From the NCBI GenBank assembly GCA_965235115.1, contig OZ249436.1, forward strand, positions 15,316,001 through 15,380,000: a DNA stretch of 64,000 nt, read 5' to 3'. The translations under genes were made by a program, and so were the position numbers. The first letter of the stretch is position 1; each line of letters opens with the position of its first letter. Of this stretch, positions 33,978-46,415 are shown piece by piece. Source of the DNA: Laetmonice hystrix (Eukaryota). The notes beneath the pieces were generated by a model. The model saw only the letters and a list, made by a program, of their open reading frames with translations. It searched no databases and was not told the origin of the DNA.

Positions 33978-36900
33978 ATGGCATCTTTGGGCAGCATACT
34001 GCGGAAAGGGGGTATGTTTCTGTATATTTGTTATATTTATGGCAATTTACAGTGTATTTTGGGCCGTGATACTAAGTACGATTAGTGACGTTCAATAGAA
34101 GTTTACAAGAACTGCTCATAGTAATATAGGTAAGGTAATGTTCGCAGTCCATTTACATCCATATGTTTGGTTTATGTCGATGTCCGGAGCCTGCGGAGGG
34201 AGGCGTAACGTTACCCGCCCTCGCTCAGCTATAGGCGCCGGACGAGATGGGCAGATCATAACAATGACAATGTGATATAATATATTTTGCTAGACTTAGT
34301 GGATTTCTCTTGGAGGACAAATAAGGACACTTAGATATCAACGTCGGTCGTACGGTTGATCTACATTTGAGACGAGAATAATATTCGTTCATTTTCAACT
34401 CTCTTCACAAAGACACAAATCACAATTCACAAATTGGAAAAAATTGTTTGTCGACATGTCAGAGACGTAGCCTAGTATTACTATTACTATTAGTATTAAC
34501 GTCGTGACCGGTGTGTGCACATGCGACCCTGGCAGAGACACAGGTAAAAACGACTGATGAGACACACGTACACTGACCAGTTCAAGGGCAGGAACATTAA
34601 AACTTGTCTTACGGCAGCTAGGTGGCACCACACGAATCCCCCTGTATTGCTTACTGAGTTACTCTGCGCACTATGTCATCTATCAGGGCTGTAGGCTGTA
34701 GCTAGAAATTTCTGAGGGGGGGGGGCAGTCAGGGGCCGATCGAGGAATTTGGCAAAGGGGGCCCCCCCATGGGAGTACCAAAGACGCAAAGCCTTGAACA
34801 CATATTTGAACATTAAAGTGCCAAATTCGCATTTTCCTGGCATCTGGGAACAAACTCCAAGGTCTAGTTCTAAAGCTGAAAAAAGCTTTTAAAAAAATTA
34901 AAAATAAGGGAAGACCTTTCAAAAGCCATTACTTCTGAGGGCCAGATAATCTGTCAAGGAATGAAACATACAAGGAGCTTTTTTTAAAATTCAAACATAT
35001 ATTTATTTTTAAGATATATTGTGAAGCGAATCTATAAAATTCTAGATAACAAGATATATGGAGAGGGAGGGGAGACAGATCCAGGCATTTGAGAAAGGTG
35101 GTGGAGAGATATATGGTAAAACTCGGTGAGTGCCAAAGGCAAGAGCTGTTCATGCGTCGGGGGTCTGGGGGCCCTTCCCCAGAAAATAATTTGTAAGGCA
35201 AAAAAACGCTATTTTTGATGAGTACCCCTTGGCTTTCTCTGTAGGCAAGCGAATGATGAGACCTTGCAACCCACTGCAGTGTCTGCCTTATGAAATGCCC
35301 ACTGGAGCAATCAGTAGCTCCCGTATCACGTGTATACATGTCTTGTTAGGGGAGCTGAAGGGGAGTGATATCTTTTGTGGGACAACTTGGCCATGTGGAG
35401 GATGCCCTCCCCCCCCCCCCGACCCGAAAATGGGGAAGGAAAATTGTACCTGAATGAGGAAATTCCTTCATTCATGTACAGCATGGTACACATCAATTAA
35501 GTTACATCCTTAAACCTAAGTTGAGTTGATCCATTGATTATGCCTATGGGAACGATCAATTGCGCTCTCATTTTCGAAATCATGGGTGCAAGAGCGATCG
35601 GTCTCGTAGACCTAAATTGGCAGGGTTTGCCTCTGTATGCTGTCCCTTAACATTAGAGCAGCAGTCTCGTCCTTCAGCATTTTGCAATAAGAGGGCCATG
35701 CTAATGGCCAATGTTCTATTTATAGATGGTCATAGTATACCACGAGTCATAGTATACCAAATATACCACGAGGTGGCTGCAAGCTTGGTCTAACGGACGA
35801 GGCCCTTACTTTAGTTTAAATGTCTGAATTTTGGAATAAAATACCCGAAGCCAATTTGATTTTGTCCCGGTCAAATGATGAGGTGTATGAGTGAGTGGTC
35901 ACTTTGTGCCCGGTCATCACCAACAAAGTGAAGGACCTTGTAGGACAGCAGTACAACTGATTTCCAATCCACCAAATATCATCATCAATTATTTTTATAA
36001 AAAGATCATTTTGGGGGGCTTCGGTCACAGCTATGATATGAAAAGCTTTAACTTAGGGACAGATAAATAGTACACCTTTGTTGGTATTGATAATATTTTT
36101 CAAAGGAAGTAAATGATCAAGGCACAGTTTAAGTACTTTAACTAAACTTTTAAGTAAACTCATATCTCTCTTTAGCCAACAACCCATCTGCCCACTCCAC
36201 AACCCAGTATGAAAAACTAGCCCAGGATCCCAGTGACAATGAAGAGGAAGATGACATCCTCTTCCGACAAGGAAATGGGCCAGAGGTCCAAGGGGTGACA
36301 AGGGCCACTCGCTGGCAGAATGGAGTTAGTAACAACCACAAAACCAGCAATGGTAAACAGGTAAATATGATATCTGGAACTGAACAGAAGCATTAAGGCC
36401 CAGATACGTGCAGACCTATTTACGGCCGATTTTTCTCCATAGGAACACCATGTTGTAAACATTTTCATAGGAACATGCCTCATAATGGAAGGCTTTTAAA
36501 GATCATCAAAAGATTCAACAATGAATGGTTTATGGAATAAGATTATAAGTACTGTCTTTCCATCATAAACAATATAGTATTCTCATACTTTATAGGCCTA
36601 CTGATAAACACTATGATTTACATATGAGAAAGTTATTGTCTGTCTGTAAGCAACGGAATGTTTATTAGCTGAAAAAAAATTAATTTAATTATATTTTTTC
36701 ATCATACAACATGGAAATGCATACAAATTAGCAGCAAGCCAGCTAAAATTCTGATTATGCTTGCTTGATGTTTTCAGGAGGGTATAGAGATGACTGCTCT
36801 AAGAGTGGTAGGAGTGCATTCAAAGCCGGCAAATGATGTGAAGGTTCGAGTGGTGAAAACTGGCTTGCTGACACGAACCCGCATTGCATGCTTTATTATG

Positions 36901-39900
36901 GTCCTACTGACAGGAATTGGCATAGCTTTTGCATTTGCATTTGTGGTGCCATACTTTACTGGAAATGGGCAAAGGTCACCAGTTCACCATCATCGCACAG
37001 CTCCCTGGACACACATACTGGCTGATCTAGGTGAGACCTGAAATTGAGACTGTGTGTACTAGTAGGCCGAACAGGTATAAGCACCATACAAGGATTTTAC
37101 GCATGTCACGGTGGCAATTTGTAGTCATTCCTTGTTTTTACATTCCTTTTGTACCCTTTATAGGAAGCATAAGTTTCAGTTCGGTTCCGTTTGTTTGGGC
37201 TTGATGGGCCCATTGAAAACAGTCCTTTCAACTTCAAATCATTATAACTGCATGTTTTTGATGTCCTATTAATCAGACTTCATCAGAACCAATATATGTC
37301 TTATCATAAATAAGAACATTTTTAAAAAAAAAGCTGATGTCTGGAGAGACATTTGTCCACCCTATGTTAAATGAGGAATTGTGACGTTACAAAGCTGCAT
37401 GTCGCCAGCGATTCTATTTTGGCCACATTAGCAGTTCCTTATAGATCAAACATAGTGAGATGCAAGACTCCTTAGCAAGATAGATTAAGAGTTTCATAGA
37501 CAAGGTCATTACAAATGACGATGTAATGACGGTCCATTTTTCATGTGGCAGGTACGGAGTCCAGTGTGCGTTTAGCAGATGTTGATGGTGATGGCAAGAA
37601 AGATGTTCTTTTTGGTACAATGAAAGAGTTTGGATTTCGGGTCACCACAGCAGATATGATGCAGAACTTGTGTGAACAAAGAGGTATGTCAAGTAACTCT
37701 TTAGATTTAAATCATTTCTATGGGGCATTCAAAGATCTATACAGACAAATTCTGAGAGTGAATGTGGGTCTATAAAGTAAGATCAAATTATAAAATTGAT
37801 GTAGGTACATGGACTCATGGATGCATGCAAAACACTTTAAAATAAGAAAAACAATTTAATGATTTATAAAGAAGCATTAATGTAGTCATTTATTATGATT
37901 TCATTGCAGATTTACCATTCCCATGTGTTGGTATGGTTACTGCCTTGCGTGGAACAGATGGTACTGAGCTTTGGCGTGTTGAAACCTATTCAGGGGTCAC
38001 TGACCTTAAATGTGATGAAATAGATGTAAATAACGATGGTTACAATGACTGCATTGCAACAGGGCGCATGGGAACACTCTTAGCTATCAATATTAGCAAT
38101 GGTAAGTAGAAACCTAAAAGCCTAACCAGGAATAGGATGGGCATGAGCAATCTTTAGTTTGAAAGAAGACTTTGTTACATGAATCTGAGACCTCATAAGT
38201 TGTTTTTAAAATGTTTTAGTGGTTCAGCAAAATAAAATATAGGAGGCAGGCTGACTCGATGTTTAAGAAACTGATTGTGTGGAGCCTTGTGACAGTTATT
38301 ATGATTATGGCCCTAAACGTACAAACCAGATTATTAGGTAAATATTAAGTTCCCTTTAGATACATAAGGTGTGTTTTTTTTTATCATCCTACAGGTTCCA
38401 TTCTATGGCATGGAGACGAAAGTGTCCTTAACAGGGCATTCAATGTTTATAACCCAGTCATCTTACCTGATCTTGATCTTGATGGAACAGCGGATATTCT
38501 TGTGGCCCATGGAGGAGATGATGCATTTCCACATGCTGTAATTATATTCTTTTCAATAGTCTTTAATGTTAAAGCATTCCAAGTCTTTTAGGCACAGCAG
38601 AATATGGAACCTTATAAAAATCTTTATTAAATACAAGTTGTTGCTTTTCAAACCTTAGTCTTTGGAACTTTTAGTTTTAGACAGGTTTTTCTTAAATTCT
38701 CTTTTTTAATTTTTTTTTGATCATATTGGTTGTGAGATCTTAATTTCTACAGTCTTATCTTATGGACAAATTTACTGAAATTTTGTTTTTTATGTCATAG
38801 AAATATTCTTAAATGAAGATGGGCAATTCTGGCATTGTCGCAATATGATTTGCCCCCTATTTTTGTTACATGATGTTTACCACACCATATTCTTTATTAT
38901 CAGTTATGACCATTTACTCTGAGGTAAATATTCCATCAACTTTGGTGGTGGCTACTAAAGTAAGGCATGGCATATTAGAAGCTTGCTCCCAAGTTTATTC
39001 AAAGAGTGAAAGACTGGATAAGTCCTGTTTAATTAACCTGCTTTGTAAAAGAAAATCTGCTTGCACATAATGTTTCTGCATGATACTAATATCTCATAAC
39101 TATGAAATGCTACCCTATTTAGAGATAGATTACTGGAGATCCAGAGCTTATTGTAGGAACCATCTATTGGGACCATTGGTGTATTATTAATCTTACCCAA
39201 GTTTTGATGACCAGTATTATTGTAGCTGTGGCACAAGCTGCAAGAAAATTTGAGGGGGAAAAGTTGCCACTTGTATTATTTCAAGACTGTTAACTGTTCA
39301 AGCTTATTGGTAAAATTATGAATTAGTACCTGCTGTGCTGACTGTTATTTGAAGATTCTAGACAATTATAGCTGTAGAGAAAGACTATTACTTGAGTACA
39401 CCCATGCGATCTGTTTCATCATGTCAACATCTGTCGATGGAGATAATTTCAGTTGTTAATAAACATTGTACTTTCTGATTTACTTGCGGTGCAGAAGTTG
39501 GTTGCACATAAGCTTGAGGTAAACCACAGGACCTTCCCTTGTAGAGTATTCATTAGCCTGCATGCTGTTTATCTTGTCCTAATGTCACATTTGAAATCCT
39601 AGAACTATTTCACGCTAGGGATCTTTACTAGTGCTGAAACGTCATAGAGTACACAAACTCTGCTTTTACTAATTTAGTATAAGTGTCCATGAACATAAGC
39701 ATACTTTGCCTATATTGAGTACCTATATAAATATATGTTCATTCATGTTAACAAATTCTTTTTGAGATTTCTGAATCTTTATGATAAGTTTTGTGTGTGT
39801 GAAAGTAACTTTAACATTAAAATATTGCATGCAGGTTATTGTGACTTTGATGGTAATGTTATGTCTCCTGTTACACTGTAGTCGTGATTGATGTGTCTAT

Positions 39901-42900
39901 ATCTATCCTAGAGTTTAAGATATTTTTGATCTTAGCTAAATTGGAAAATGCTCTTCAGTATACTATGGTTTTGATAGTTCAGATTGCAGAATATCAAAAA
40001 GATCAGCATTTCAGATTCACCTCTTTCCGATGACATGTAGTATTGCCTAGCCAATTAATTTTGAGACAGAAATAAAAATAATGCAACAAATATTATCCAA
40101 GACATTTTCACATCTACATTTGATTTGCAGTCCCAGAAGACTCCTGGTCGGTTGATGATATTGAGTGGTCGAACTGGAAGGACCCTTGGCAGAGTACTTT
40201 CTTTACCTCGTGGGCGCCAGACGTACATGCCACCTGTCATGCACAAGACAAAAGATGGCTCTATGTATATCCTGTTTGGCACAGGTGAAGCACATGTTCC
40301 AGGTAAGTCCTTTTGTTTTGCTCCTTGACTAATATTGGCTAACTGTTTTTTCAATAATGTGATGGCAGGACAATGATAGTCTGATGGATAAACTGGGGGG
40401 GGGGGGAGACTATGCAGGCTGGTAATTGGGAATGCTAGCCCAGAAGGGGTGTATTGGCTGATCTATTCCATTTCACTCAATTGCTTTGTATGCCTTATGT
40501 ATATCTTTCTGAATTAGTGAGTAGGCCAATGTAATATGATGTTACTATTTATGTTTCAGGCTCACTGTTTATGATCTCTGTCCCCCACTTGTATCGCTAT
40601 GTAAGGAGTTGGAATGCAACGGCAGAAGTACCTAATGTTAATGGTACCTACAAGTCTTGGAGTAATCTGCATTGTGATGCAATAGGAATTTGTGAAATAT
40701 TCAGGTTTGTATTTAATTTTTTTTTAAATGGGAAAATGGGAAAAGACCACTGAGGACAGAATCATGTCTTGCTATAAATAACAATGGATACAGATTAAAG
40801 GAAACCGGAATGGTCGATTACTCCTTTAATGACCTTGTCTGTTTCTGTTGTTTGCAGTAGCAGCATGAAGGGTCTAATGGTACCACCAGTGTGTGTAGAC
40901 CTAACTGGTGATGGTGTCATGGACATTGTTATGGCAGCCTATGATGGCACAGTAGCTGTGTGGGATGGGGACACCCTAACGGAAGTCTGGAAGGTGGCAT
41001 TCTCTGGATATGAGGCTCACAGGTGGGATCTTCAAAAACAATTTCAACTAGATGCAATATCTATTAGTCTTAGTGCAATCATATTGTCCTTGGTCACTTT
41101 GAAAGGAGACAGTAACAGGGTTAGGAACCGTCACCAATTAAGCTGTTCATGTTGTGTAAAGTTGTAACTTTTTCCCCACTCAGTGCTCCTGCTCCTGCCT
41201 TCTTTAACAATGATGGCACATTAGATTTAATGTTGCATCTTAACCATGGAACATGGCCACACTTCAATCATTCTAAGGTTAGTTTCACTGTCTCTGGTCT
41301 CTTTCTTCTCCAACAAATTCATCTGATAGGACGTTATTACATTTTGCTTAATTCATAAAGTTAGCACAGAACCATTAAGGTTTAAGGGTCATGTGATATT
41401 ATCCATTCTGCACAGGTCATGGTCCTAGATGGAAGAAATGGTGAGACGTTATGGAGCCTTCAGAGTGACCGTCATGAGATGACGTCAGACCTCGTTGTCA
41501 GGACAACAGGAACACACAGAGACACATATATATTCAGAGTGCAGGGCAACAAACATGGAGCAGCATCAAATCAGAATGAGGATAGAAGGAGACGTGAAGC
41601 CAACCCTCAGACAATGGTGAGCACAGTTTGCACAAAATCCATTTTCAGAGGCCACAATTTTGTTAAATACATAAAGGAGATTTTTAAAGTTATGTGATTT
41701 AATGCTTGGAGGTCTTATTTAATACCGGTACCTATTTGGATTTTTATTGAGAGACTAGAGAAAAAAGTAAATATTTTAAGGATACAAATGAGAGTTTTCT
41801 CTTTCACAGCCCCGTGGCTATGGGCCAAAGGGTCGTTACACAGGATATGACTATTCAGACTACAGTGACCATGTTGACACAGGAGATTATAATCCAAATG
41901 CAGACTACACCAACCTGAACTATCCGTACTCTCCAAGTCAGGTCAGTGAGCAGGAACATTTCCACATTCAAAATTGTCTCAGCCCATTTGTTGGCAGGCT
42001 TGAAAACAGAAGCTATCCACTCTAGTGTCTAAAATAACAGCTGTAAGCTGAAATGGAACTATTTATAGGTGGCTAGTGATGATATTCTTAAACTGGATTT
42101 AGTCATGATCAGATGTGTCCCTTTCAGGGTGACAGTACATATCCAAGGTATGGAGACCAAGACCAGCTTCAGCGGCAGTACCAACGCTACAGACAGCAGC
42201 AGCAGGGTAATGATGAAGACTTTGCAGGGCTGCTTGGAATAGGGGATCACAAGCTAGGAAGTGAACAACGAGATGACGAGCGATGGCCCCAGGAACGCCC
42301 AAAGAGTATGTTTGACGGCGATACAGTACCATCACAGTACCACACAGGGCTGGAGGACACATCATTTGGTGGGCACATACAGGGTGATCCACTAGATATT
42401 CTCAACTCACAGATGAGAAAGCCAGGTCAACTTCAGCATAGAAAAGGTACAGTAGAACTAATAATTAGGTATAAATAAACCAGAGCATTCAAAAGGTTAG
42501 AAACACTGACAGTAACTGTATATGTGCTGAACATCAAAATGTAGTCTTCGTACAGCGTTTGTAAAATAGAAGGAAGGTGACAAAACTAACCTCCAGTACA
42601 CAAACTTTCTCTGCCAGAGTACCCCCGTGTAAAACAGTGTTAGCAGTTTTTAAAGAAGCATAGCTGAGATGAGCAGGTAAAGTGGAAGCAGAATTAGGAC
42701 CCTAATCATGGAATGATGTATTTGTAACTGTTATTACAGTTGAAGCTTCAGGGAACAAAGGCCCAACCTCAATCCCATATGTGAGCCCTTGTGAGCAAGA
42801 TATCGAGAACTTCAAAACAGAAGTCTATCTGGTGGACAGAGCCATGATGCATGCCCCTCTCAAGGTGACAGAGATTCCAGCCATCAAGGTTTATTACAGT

Positions 42901-44353
42901 GAGTGATGTTCATTACATAAGGCACATGACCTTTTAGATCAGATCAATCCTGTTACTTCTAAACCGGGTTATGTTCTGATTCAGCACTACTCAATGTAAT
43001 TGACAGATGCTATTGAAGGAAAGTGGAAAGCATGGTTAATCCTGGAAAACTGAGTGCTGTGGCCATACAATTTTCTGTGTGTCACTTTTTTTTACAGTCC
43101 AACATAAGAGTTGAAACTTCTTTATCCAATTATCTGTGACACTGAGCTTATGATGGCCACATAGCACTACAGGTTGACTGCATTACTTGGGTCACTTAAT
43201 GAGATAAGCTCTCAATCGGTTTGATAGGCGTTGGTAGTATGGTATGCAGGTTTCAACTCTATATGACTGATCATTTCATCTCATTCTCTGATGTTATGTT
43301 GCAATAATTACGGGCAGTCAGTAATTTTTTCAGGCTCTGAAGGACAAGAAGAATTTTAGATTATTGTAAACACTTGTAGCTTAATAATTTCCAACATTGC
43401 TGAGTTTACTTTTTAAAGATCTCACCAGTGCAGACCACAAGATGTTGGAAACAATCCGGGGTGTAGGCAATACAAGAAAGGGCAGGGCTGCCCCACCCAT
43501 GACACCACTGGGACAGCCTCAGAGACGGAAGCCATTTCCGGGAAAGACACAACAGTATCCAACTCGCTTGAAAAGCCATGTTCAAGTCGAGAGTCAGGTT
43601 GGGGGAAAGAGTGGACCAGCTAGGACAAGGAAGCGACCACCGGTAGAGGTTAAGGGATCTCATGAGGAACAGGTGGTCACGCTGTGTACCATCATGGCAG
43701 CAAGTGAAATGGTTTCAGGTAAGAAAGATGAACGTGGAGATTTGTTGAGATTGTTGTTTTGTTTTGTTAGTTCTGGAAGAAGGCTAGTTAGTTTGGCATC
43801 ATTTTATTTTGGTACTTGCACAGAAAACTGAGTTGTATATTCTGTTGAGATGCTTGTATTTTTGCTAGAAATCTAAAAATGATTTAAATGTATGTACAGA
43901 GTATACTCTAGAGAGTAGAAGTAGAAATAAAACAGAATGGTATAAGTAATTGTTTAGCCACTGAAAATATATCTGTAATCTGCTAATATCTGTTAGTGAA
44001 TGATTAGTTAATTGGTTATACTTGTAGGCACACTGGGTGATGTTGACGCTGATGGCACACTGGATTTGGTCATGATGTTTGACAAGGAAGCTCAGATTCG
44101 AGCATCAGATGGCACGTACATCCGTTCAGAGTACGTTACACAGGTGACAAAGATTAACCTCATTGAGGTACTTCATCGAAAGGAGGTCGTCCCAATGAAT
44201 GTAACAGTGGGTGCCTTAATGGAGGGCAAGCCAGGGTCTAAGTCTGAGAAAGAAGCAAGTATATTCAAGCTGAAGTTCCTGCCTGTAGACCAGCAACCAT
44301 GGATGTCGTATCTGGGGACCCATGGCGATTCTGTATACAGGACTAGGCATTGA
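33978..44353 (+). CDS. FAM234B: FAM234-family (FAM234A/B-like) type II membrane protein with FG-GAP-like beta-propeller repeats, 16 exons, about 983 aa
   Basis: Exons with consistent phases, total 2952 nt: 33978-34011 (MASLGSILRKG), 36176-36360 (YEKLAQDPSDNEEEDDILF, resembling the FAM234B N-terminus), 36778-37030 (TM segment IACFIMVLLTGIGIAFAFAFVVP), 37552-37683 (DVDGDGKKDV), 37910-38101 (DVNNDGYNDC), 38395-38537 (DLDLDGTADILVAHGGD), 40131-40302, 40560-40704, 40858-41022 (DLTGDGVMDIV), 41184-41277 (FNNDGTLD), 41416-41616, 41810-41941, 42128-42446, 42740-42898, 43419-43718, 44028-44353 (DVDADGTLDL...WMSYLGTHGDSVY, TGA). Family assignment is from motif recall. Confidence 0.8.
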
Positions 44354-46377
44354 TGTCCCAACAAGTGGGTGGAGATTTTGGACAGGTGGACAACCCCTGT
44401 ACTACATGTCTAGAGGTTTTGTTACGCTCTGCCCCTGACACACCACTACCTTGGTGCAGATGCAGTCTACATTCATGGAATGTGGTTGTCTAAATCTGCC
44501 AGATGATTTAAAAAGCAAGCATCTGATAGCTAGATAAGTATTATGTGAAAGAAATAATCTTGTGAATCAAAAATAAGTTGGGGGTGTCAGTGTTTCAGGT
44601 ACATTTACAACGGCCGCCAGTGGGGGCATGGTAAAGAGCTGTGTAGCTCATTGGTCATAGTTTTATATCTTGACCGTGAGTACCCAAGACTAAAATCAAC
44701 TGAAATGAAAAACGAAGCTATCTGCTCTTTTTTTGAAACATGTAAATGCTGTTAAACATCGTTGTGTTATATGCAAAAGTGCTGAATGTGTAGTACCACA
44801 AACGCTGGACGATAAGGCACACTGGACTATAGCCTAGAGCATAGGACGCAAAAACCATTTTGTGGATGTCATGCGTGATAGTACTGTAATAGGACACAAA
44901 ATGAGATATTTTACCAATGTCTTCTCTTGAGGCCATTCACACTCCCGGCAGAGTTGTGGGTCATAGCATGTAATTATGGCAGGGTTAACCTCTGGCCTCC
45001 AAATTGTGTCGACAGGCTACCCATTCTTTCAAGTGATCACATGAGTACAGTCGTGGCTTTAGTCCCACTCCCACCGATTACATAACACCACATGTCCTGT
45101 GAAGGATCTTCCCACCCATAGCCATCTAGGGGCCCATAATTGCCGACTCAGTATTTTAAATTTATTTCCCATTCTAAAGATCAGGCATGTTAATGAAGGC
45201 CTCCTTTGTGTTAAACGATGTGGCAAAGATGAAGACCCAGGCAGCCATTTTATTTCCAAACGTAGCATCTTATAGTCTGGCATTTACAGTAAGTGATGAA
45301 TATTAGTAATAGTAGTATAACTGGCTAAAATGCGTTTGAGGTATTTAATCAATATGGAATTAAGGTAGTGAAGGGCACCTATGTAAATAACCTCATTTAT
45401 GGGTAAATCACAAAATATAGACAACAAAGTACAAGAGTATACGTTGTGATATACTGTGATGGTACTGCATGTGCTGTGAAGGAAATAATGGAACATGAAT
45501 TTTCACTAATGTTTATCGTTTCCTGCTTAAGTATCAGCTTTTAGATACTACAATTGTTAATTTCAAAAAAATCTTTTTACTTAGAGATTGTTATCTACTA
45601 CGAGAGAAGTGGGAAACCAGAGACTATAGACTAATGATATTTACCTAATCTCTATGTATATTGGTGTTATATTCCACCAGAAAGCAGCAGTTATGGTTGG
45701 CATGCCGACAGTTATTGAGGTAACACTGAGCTAGGAGACCATAACACCATACCCTCCCCACACTTATCCTGACACCCCTGAGTGTCAAGTTTGTCCTCAG
45801 ATCGAAAAAGCTGATTGTTCTTAGCAAAGTTTCTTTTATTTTATTTTACTATGCTATCCTCTTCAAACGAATACAATCAATACAAACCTTTCACCAGAAA
45901 GAGTTTCCTGGTTTAAACTTTCGCAGTTATGAGGCATGGTGGTAGAAAGCCGACGGAACCTAAGATAATCTTGGTGAACTCGACATTGAGTTTTTTTCCT
46001 TGGGCGTGTTTTTTTTTGTGCTAGAGAAGCCACTAAACTTCTGTCTGAATGACAACATGATTTTAGAAAGCAGTGTATTTGAAATTGTTAGCTAGTGCAC
46101 CTAGGTAGGCGGGTTCACAGCATGTGTATGACTTGCAGTGGGATACTAGTTAATATGTATATAGAACATTGCACTTGAAAACAATACAGGGGGTTGTGTA
46201 CAAAAGTTGCGTGTAAAGCTCTTGGAGACGTGGTAAACAAGAGCTGCAGACCTGTCATCAGGGCGTGTCTCTGGAAATAGGTCTCAAATATAGAAAACTT
46301 CGTGAATTATGATGTAAGGACTCTAGCTGTAATGCCATTAGCATTGTATGCAGGAGGATGTGTAGACCTCTCAATGC

Positions 46378-46415
46378 AATGAATGACTGAATGAATGAAT
46401 GAATGAATGAATGAA
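46378..46415. repeat. (TGAA)n microsatellite
   Basis: AATGAATGACTGAATGAATGAATGAATGAATGAATGAA. Confidence 0.85.
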
